Below are positions 24,583-27,767 of a stretch of DNA of 27,767 bases, one piece after another (position 1 is the first letter of the stretch; each line of letters starts with the position of its first letter). This DNA comes from an uncultured Janthinobacterium sp. GTDB lineage: Bacteria; Vulcanimicrobiota; Vulcanimicrobiia; Vulcanimicrobiales; Vulcanimicrobiaceae. The notes under the pieces were generated by a model, which saw only the letters and a list, made by a program, of their open reading frames with translations, had not been told where the DNA came from and made no database searches. Location of the stretch: contig CAZZXB010000022.1 in the NCBI GenBank assembly GCA_964658025.1, positions 1 through 27,767 of the forward strand, in the 5' to 3' direction. The position numbers and the translations under genes were made by a program.

Positions 24583-25530
24583 GTGATCCCACGCGACGAC
24601 CGCGTCGGGGCGGACGGACTGATGTCGCGATTCGAATGGCGCTGGCTCGGAAGCGGGCTCGTCGTGCTCGCGGTCATCCTCGTCGTGAGCATGGTCTTCG
24701 TCGCCGCGCATCCCGGACGTATCCCGATGACCGAAGCCGTGGCTCCCGTCGAGACCATCCTCGCGAGCGAGATGTTTCGCCATCCCGGCGTCACGCGCAC
24801 CGGACCGAACCGTTTCCGCGCCGTCGTGATCGCGCGCCAATACGGATTCACGCCCGCGACGATCCGCGTGCCGATCGGCGCCGACGTCGATTTTTTCGTG
24901 ACGAGCGCGGACGTGGTGCACGGGTTCACGATCCCGCAGGGCAACGTCAACGTCGAAGTCTTCCCGGGATACGTCGCGCACGTCTCCGCGACGTTCCCGC
25001 GCGCGCGCACGTACGCGATCGTCTGCGATCAGTATTGCGGGATCGGACATCAGAACATGCTCGCGACGTTCGTCGTATCGAGCGCCGCCGCGTTCGAGCG
25101 TACGGCGAGCGCGTCCGGGTCGACGCCCGTCGTCGGCTCGGCCGTGTTCGCGACGAATTGCGTCGCCTGCCATCAGGCGACCGGGCGCGGCATCCCCGGG
25201 ACGTTCCCGCCGCTCGCCGGATCGCTCGCCGAATACACCCGGTCGGCCGCGGGTCGGCGGACGATCGCGCACGTCGTGCTCGACGGACTCGGCGGTCCGA
25301 TCCGCGTCCGCGGCGTCGCCTACGACGGCGCGATGCCGGCGTGGCGCGATCGCTTGAACGATCGCGAGATCGCGGCCGTGCTCGAGTACGTGACGACCGC
25401 GTGGCCGGGGACGTCGCCCGTCTCCGGCGACGCGGGCGCGTTCGGAGCGGCCGAGATCGCGCGCGCGCGCGAGCCCGCCCTCTCCTCGACCGCCGTCGCC
25501 GCGGAACGCGCGAAACTCGAAACGCCGTGA
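24583..25530 (+). CDS. cbaB: ba3-type oxidase subunit II (CuA) fused to a C-terminal cytochrome c552-like domain
   Basis: Single TM after FEWRW, DVVHGF, CDQYCGIGHQNM (CuA ligands), then CVACH...GIPGTFPPLAG...GAMP. Start is GTG 24583 or ATG 24622. Confidence 0.93.
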   Translation: MIPRDDRVGADGLMSRFEWRWLGSGLVVLAVILVVSMVFVAAHPGRIPMTEAVAPVETILASEMFRHPGVTRTGPNRFRAVVIARQYGFTPATIRVPIGADVDFFVTSADVVHGFTIPQGNVNVEVFPGYVAHVSATFPRARTYAIVCDQYCGIGHQNMLATFVVSSAAAFERTASASGSTPVVGSAVFATNCVACHQATGRGIPGTFPPLAGSLAEYTRSAAGRRTIAHVVLDGLGGPIRVRGVAYDGAMPAWRDRLNDREIAAVLEYVTTAWPGTSPVSGDAGAFGAAEIARAREPALSSTAVAAERAKLETP

Positions 25531-25546
25531 GCGGCGGGGAGCGACC

Positions 25547-27229
25547 GTGTCCGTAGCCACCTTGCCCGTGCCCGCGAGCACCCCGCAGATCGTTTCCGCC
25601 GACGCGCATGCCGCGCTACGGCGCCCGGCGCTCGCCTTCGTCCTCACCGCGCTCGCCGCGCTCACGATCGGATCGCTCGTCGGACCCGCACAGGCGCTGA
25701 ACTACGCGAACGTCGACGTGTACGGCGCGATGCCGCTCGCGTCGTACTATCAAGGATTGTCGATCCACGGCGTGCTCAACGCGCTCGTCTTCACGACGTT
25801 CTTCAACTGCGCCGTGCTCTTCTATCTGCCCGCGCGCGAATTGCGCGTGCCCGTGCGCGTCTGGTGGATCTGGCTTTCGTTCGGCGTGATGGCGCTCGGA
25901 CTCGCGCTCGTGCTCGCGGCCACGCTCGCCAACCGCGCGACCGTCCTCTACACGTTCTACGCACCGCTCGAAGCGTGGTGGCCCTTCTACGTCGGACTCG
26001 CGCTCGTCGTGGTCGGGAGCCTCATGGTCGGCGCGGAAACGCTCCGCATGCGCGCGACGTGGAAACGTCGCAACCCGGGAGCCGTGACGCCGCTCGTGAC
26101 CTACCAGAGCTCCGTCGTCTGGATCCTCTGGGCGTTCACCACGCTCGGCGTCGTGACGGAACTCGTCGTGTTCCTCATCCCCTGGGCCTTCGGCATGCGT
26201 CACGGCGTCGATCCGCTCGTCACGTTCACGCTCTTCTGGTACACGGGGCACGCGCTCGTCTACTTCTGGGTCCTTCCCGCGTACATCTCGTGGTACGCGC
26301 TGCTCCCGCGACAGGCCGGCGGTCGCCTCATCTCGGACGCGCTCGCGCGCCTCTCGTTCTTGCTCTTCTTACTGTTTTCCGTCGAGGTCGGACTGCACCA
26401 CGAGATCACGGCGCCGGGGATCGCGATGGGCTGGAAGATGGAACAGATGATCTTCACGTTCTTCGTCATCGCACCGAGCCTGCTTACCGCCTTCACCGTC
26501 GCGGCGTCGCTCGAGACGGCCGGTCGCGCGCGCGGCGGACGCGGTTGGACGGGATGGATCCGCGCGTTACCGTGGGACGATCCGAGCGTCGCCGCGCAGC
26601 TCCTCGCGCTCGCGACGTTCGTCGTCGGCGGCTCCACGGGCATCTTACTCGCGAGCATGGCCGTGAATCCACAAGTACACGACACCGCGTTCGTGCCCGG
26701 CCACTTCCACGTGACGGTCGGGACGGCCACGGCGCTGAGCTTCATCGGCGTGAGTTATTGGCTCGTCCCGCATCTGAGCGGTCGCACCTTGTTCGGCCGA
26801 CGGATCGCGCTCGCGAGCGTGTGGCTCTGGGCCGTCGGCATGCTCGCGCTCGGCGTCGGACTCATGTGGCAAGGGCTCCTTTACGGAACGCCGCGCCGCG
26901 ATTTCATCAGCTCGCTCGCGCCGGATCCGTTCGTGCACGGCGCGTCGATGGTCCTCACCGCGGCCGGCGGCGCCGTGCTCGCGGCCGGTCTGATCTGCTT
27001 CGTCGTCGTGACCGTCGGAACGCTCGCATCGAGACCCGCGGCCCCGGCACGCGTTCCGGCGATCCCGTTCGCCGACGCCCCGATCGATGCGGGTTCGCGG
27101 GTGGTGCGCGTCCTCGATCGACTCGGCATGTGGGCGGTCGTCGCCGCGGTGCTGATCGCGGCCGTCTACGGCCCGCTCTTTTGGGATATCTTCCACCACT
27201 ACGTCCCCGTCCCGGGGATCTCCGTATGA
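25547..27229 (+). CDS. cbaA: B-family (ba3-type) heme-copper oxygen reductase subunit I
   Basis: YYQGLSIHG, WYTGHALVYFW (H-x3-Y cross-link), GLHH, PSLLTAFTV, VPGHFH, PRR. All six His ligands are present. Confidence 0.95.
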   Translation: MSVATLPVPASTPQIVSADAHAALRRPALAFVLTALAALTIGSLVGPAQALNYANVDVYGAMPLASYYQGLSIHGVLNALVFTTFFNCAVLFYLPARELRVPVRVWWIWLSFGVMALGLALVLAATLANRATVLYTFYAPLEAWWPFYVGLALVVVGSLMVGAETLRMRATWKRRNPGAVTPLVTYQSSVVWILWAFTTLGVVTELVVFLIPWAFGMRHGVDPLVTFTLFWYTGHALVYFWVLPAYISWYALLPRQAGGRLISDALARLSFLLFLLFSVEVGLHHEITAPGIAMGWKMEQMIFTFFVIAPSLLTAFTVAASLETAGRARGGRGWTGWIRALPWDDPSVAAQLLALATFVVGGSTGILLASMAVNPQVHDTAFVPGHFHVTVGTATALSFIGVSYWLVPHLSGRTLFGRRIALASVWLWAVGMLALGVGLMWQGLLYGTPRRDFISSLAPDPFVHGASMVLTAAGGAVLAAGLICFVVVTVGTLASRPAAPARVPAIPFADAPIDAGSRVVRVLDRLGMWAVVAAVLIAAVYGPLFWDIFHHYVPVPGISV

Positions 27230-27241
27230 TCGCGGCCGACC

Positions 27242-27271
27242 TGGACGCGACGCGCGAGCCTCTGCTACACT
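27242..27271 (+). promoter_or_regulatory. Sigma70-type promoter of rnpB
   Basis: TGGACG (27242-27247), 18 nt, then TACACT (27266-27271) with an extended TG; ends 7 nt before the P1 helix. Confidence 0.65.
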
Positions 27272-27278
27272 CGCAGAC

Positions 27279-27644
27279 GCGAAGGTCGTCGGGCAGTCGC
27301 GCGCTCGGGGAGCGTGAGGAAAGTCCGGGCTTCACGGGGCGGCGTGCAGGATAACGTCCTGTCGGGGCAACTCGAAGGAAAGTGCCACAGAAACAAACCG
27401 CCGACTCCGGTCGGTAAGGGTGAAATCGTGAGGTAAGGGCTCACGGAGCGTCGCGGAGACGCGCGCTCGGGTAAACCCCACGCGAAGCAAGATCGCTCGA
27501 CACGCGAAGCGCGCCCGTCGCGACTTCGCCGGACGGCCCGTCCGAACGAGCTACATCGCATCGAGGCGTTCGGTAACGGACGTCCCAGAGAGATGGCTGC
27601 CGCCGCGCGAGCGGTACAGAATCCGGCTTATAGGCGGCCTTCGC
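27279..27644 (+). ncRNA. rnpB: RNase P RNA, bacterial class A
   Basis: Conserved GAGGAAAGTCCGGGC, GAAAGTGCCACAGAAA, GGGTGAAA, GGTAAACCCC and ACAGAATCCGGCTTA. P1 pairs 27279-27290 with 27633-27644. Confidence 0.97.
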
Positions 27645-27686
27645 ATGGAGGGCGGTTGCCCTGCAACCGCCCTCCATATTCGATTC
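27645..27686 (+). terminator. Terminator/processing hairpin downstream of rnpB
   Basis: Perfect 15-bp stem ATGGAGGGCGGTTGC-cct-GCAACCGCCCTCCAT (27645-27677), followed by a weak T tract ATTCGATTC. Confidence 0.7.
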
Positions 27687-27767
27687 GTCGACCGTGCGTC
27701 GTTCGTCGGCCGTACGTCGCTTCGCAACGGCCCCGCTCGGTACGCGAATCGTACGCGGAAGGGCCGT

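Noticed and set aside
25547..27229. B-family-derived nitric oxide reductase
   Set aside because: The active-site Tyr (H-x3-Y), all CuB His ligands and the K-channel residues are retained, as in O2 reductases.
1..27767. CRISPR array, integrase, transposase or prophage
   Set aside because: I saw no regularly spaced repeats and no recombinase, transposase or phage motifs.

Overview
High-GC, strongly CpG-rich bacterial DNA. The codon style is reminiscent of Eremiobacterota/Vulcanimicrobiota, but that is an unverified inference. The window opens with a tRNA-Ile(GAT)/tRNA-Ala(TGC) pair that is not followed by 23S rRNA. A ~19 kb Wzx/Wzy-type exopolysaccharide locus follows: a priming phosphoglycosyl transferase, flippase, Wzy/WaaL-like protein, Wza, Wzc, three GT2, two GT4 and two GT-C membrane transferases. 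It ends at an inward-facing tRNA-Ala(GGC). Next come an FAD oxidoreductase and polysaccharide deacetylase pair, a LuxR-type regulator, a B-family (ba3-type) heme-copper oxidase operon and the RNase P RNA gene. Main observations: (1) three repeated modules pair a stand-alone degenerate receiver domain with a LuxR-HTH regulator, and no kinase is present in the window; (2) an identical 14-bp DosR-box-like palindrome lies upstream of both the wza operon and an uncharacterised C-terminally anchored protein, and two local regulators carry a DosR-like recognition helix; (3) the ba3 subunit II is fused to a cytochrome c552-like domain, the 34-aa subunit IIa gene is missing from the ORF track, and subunit I has altered residues near the heme a3 propionates. 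Several ORF-track starts were shortened to more plausible ones. All homology calls come from motifs recognised by eye, not from searches.
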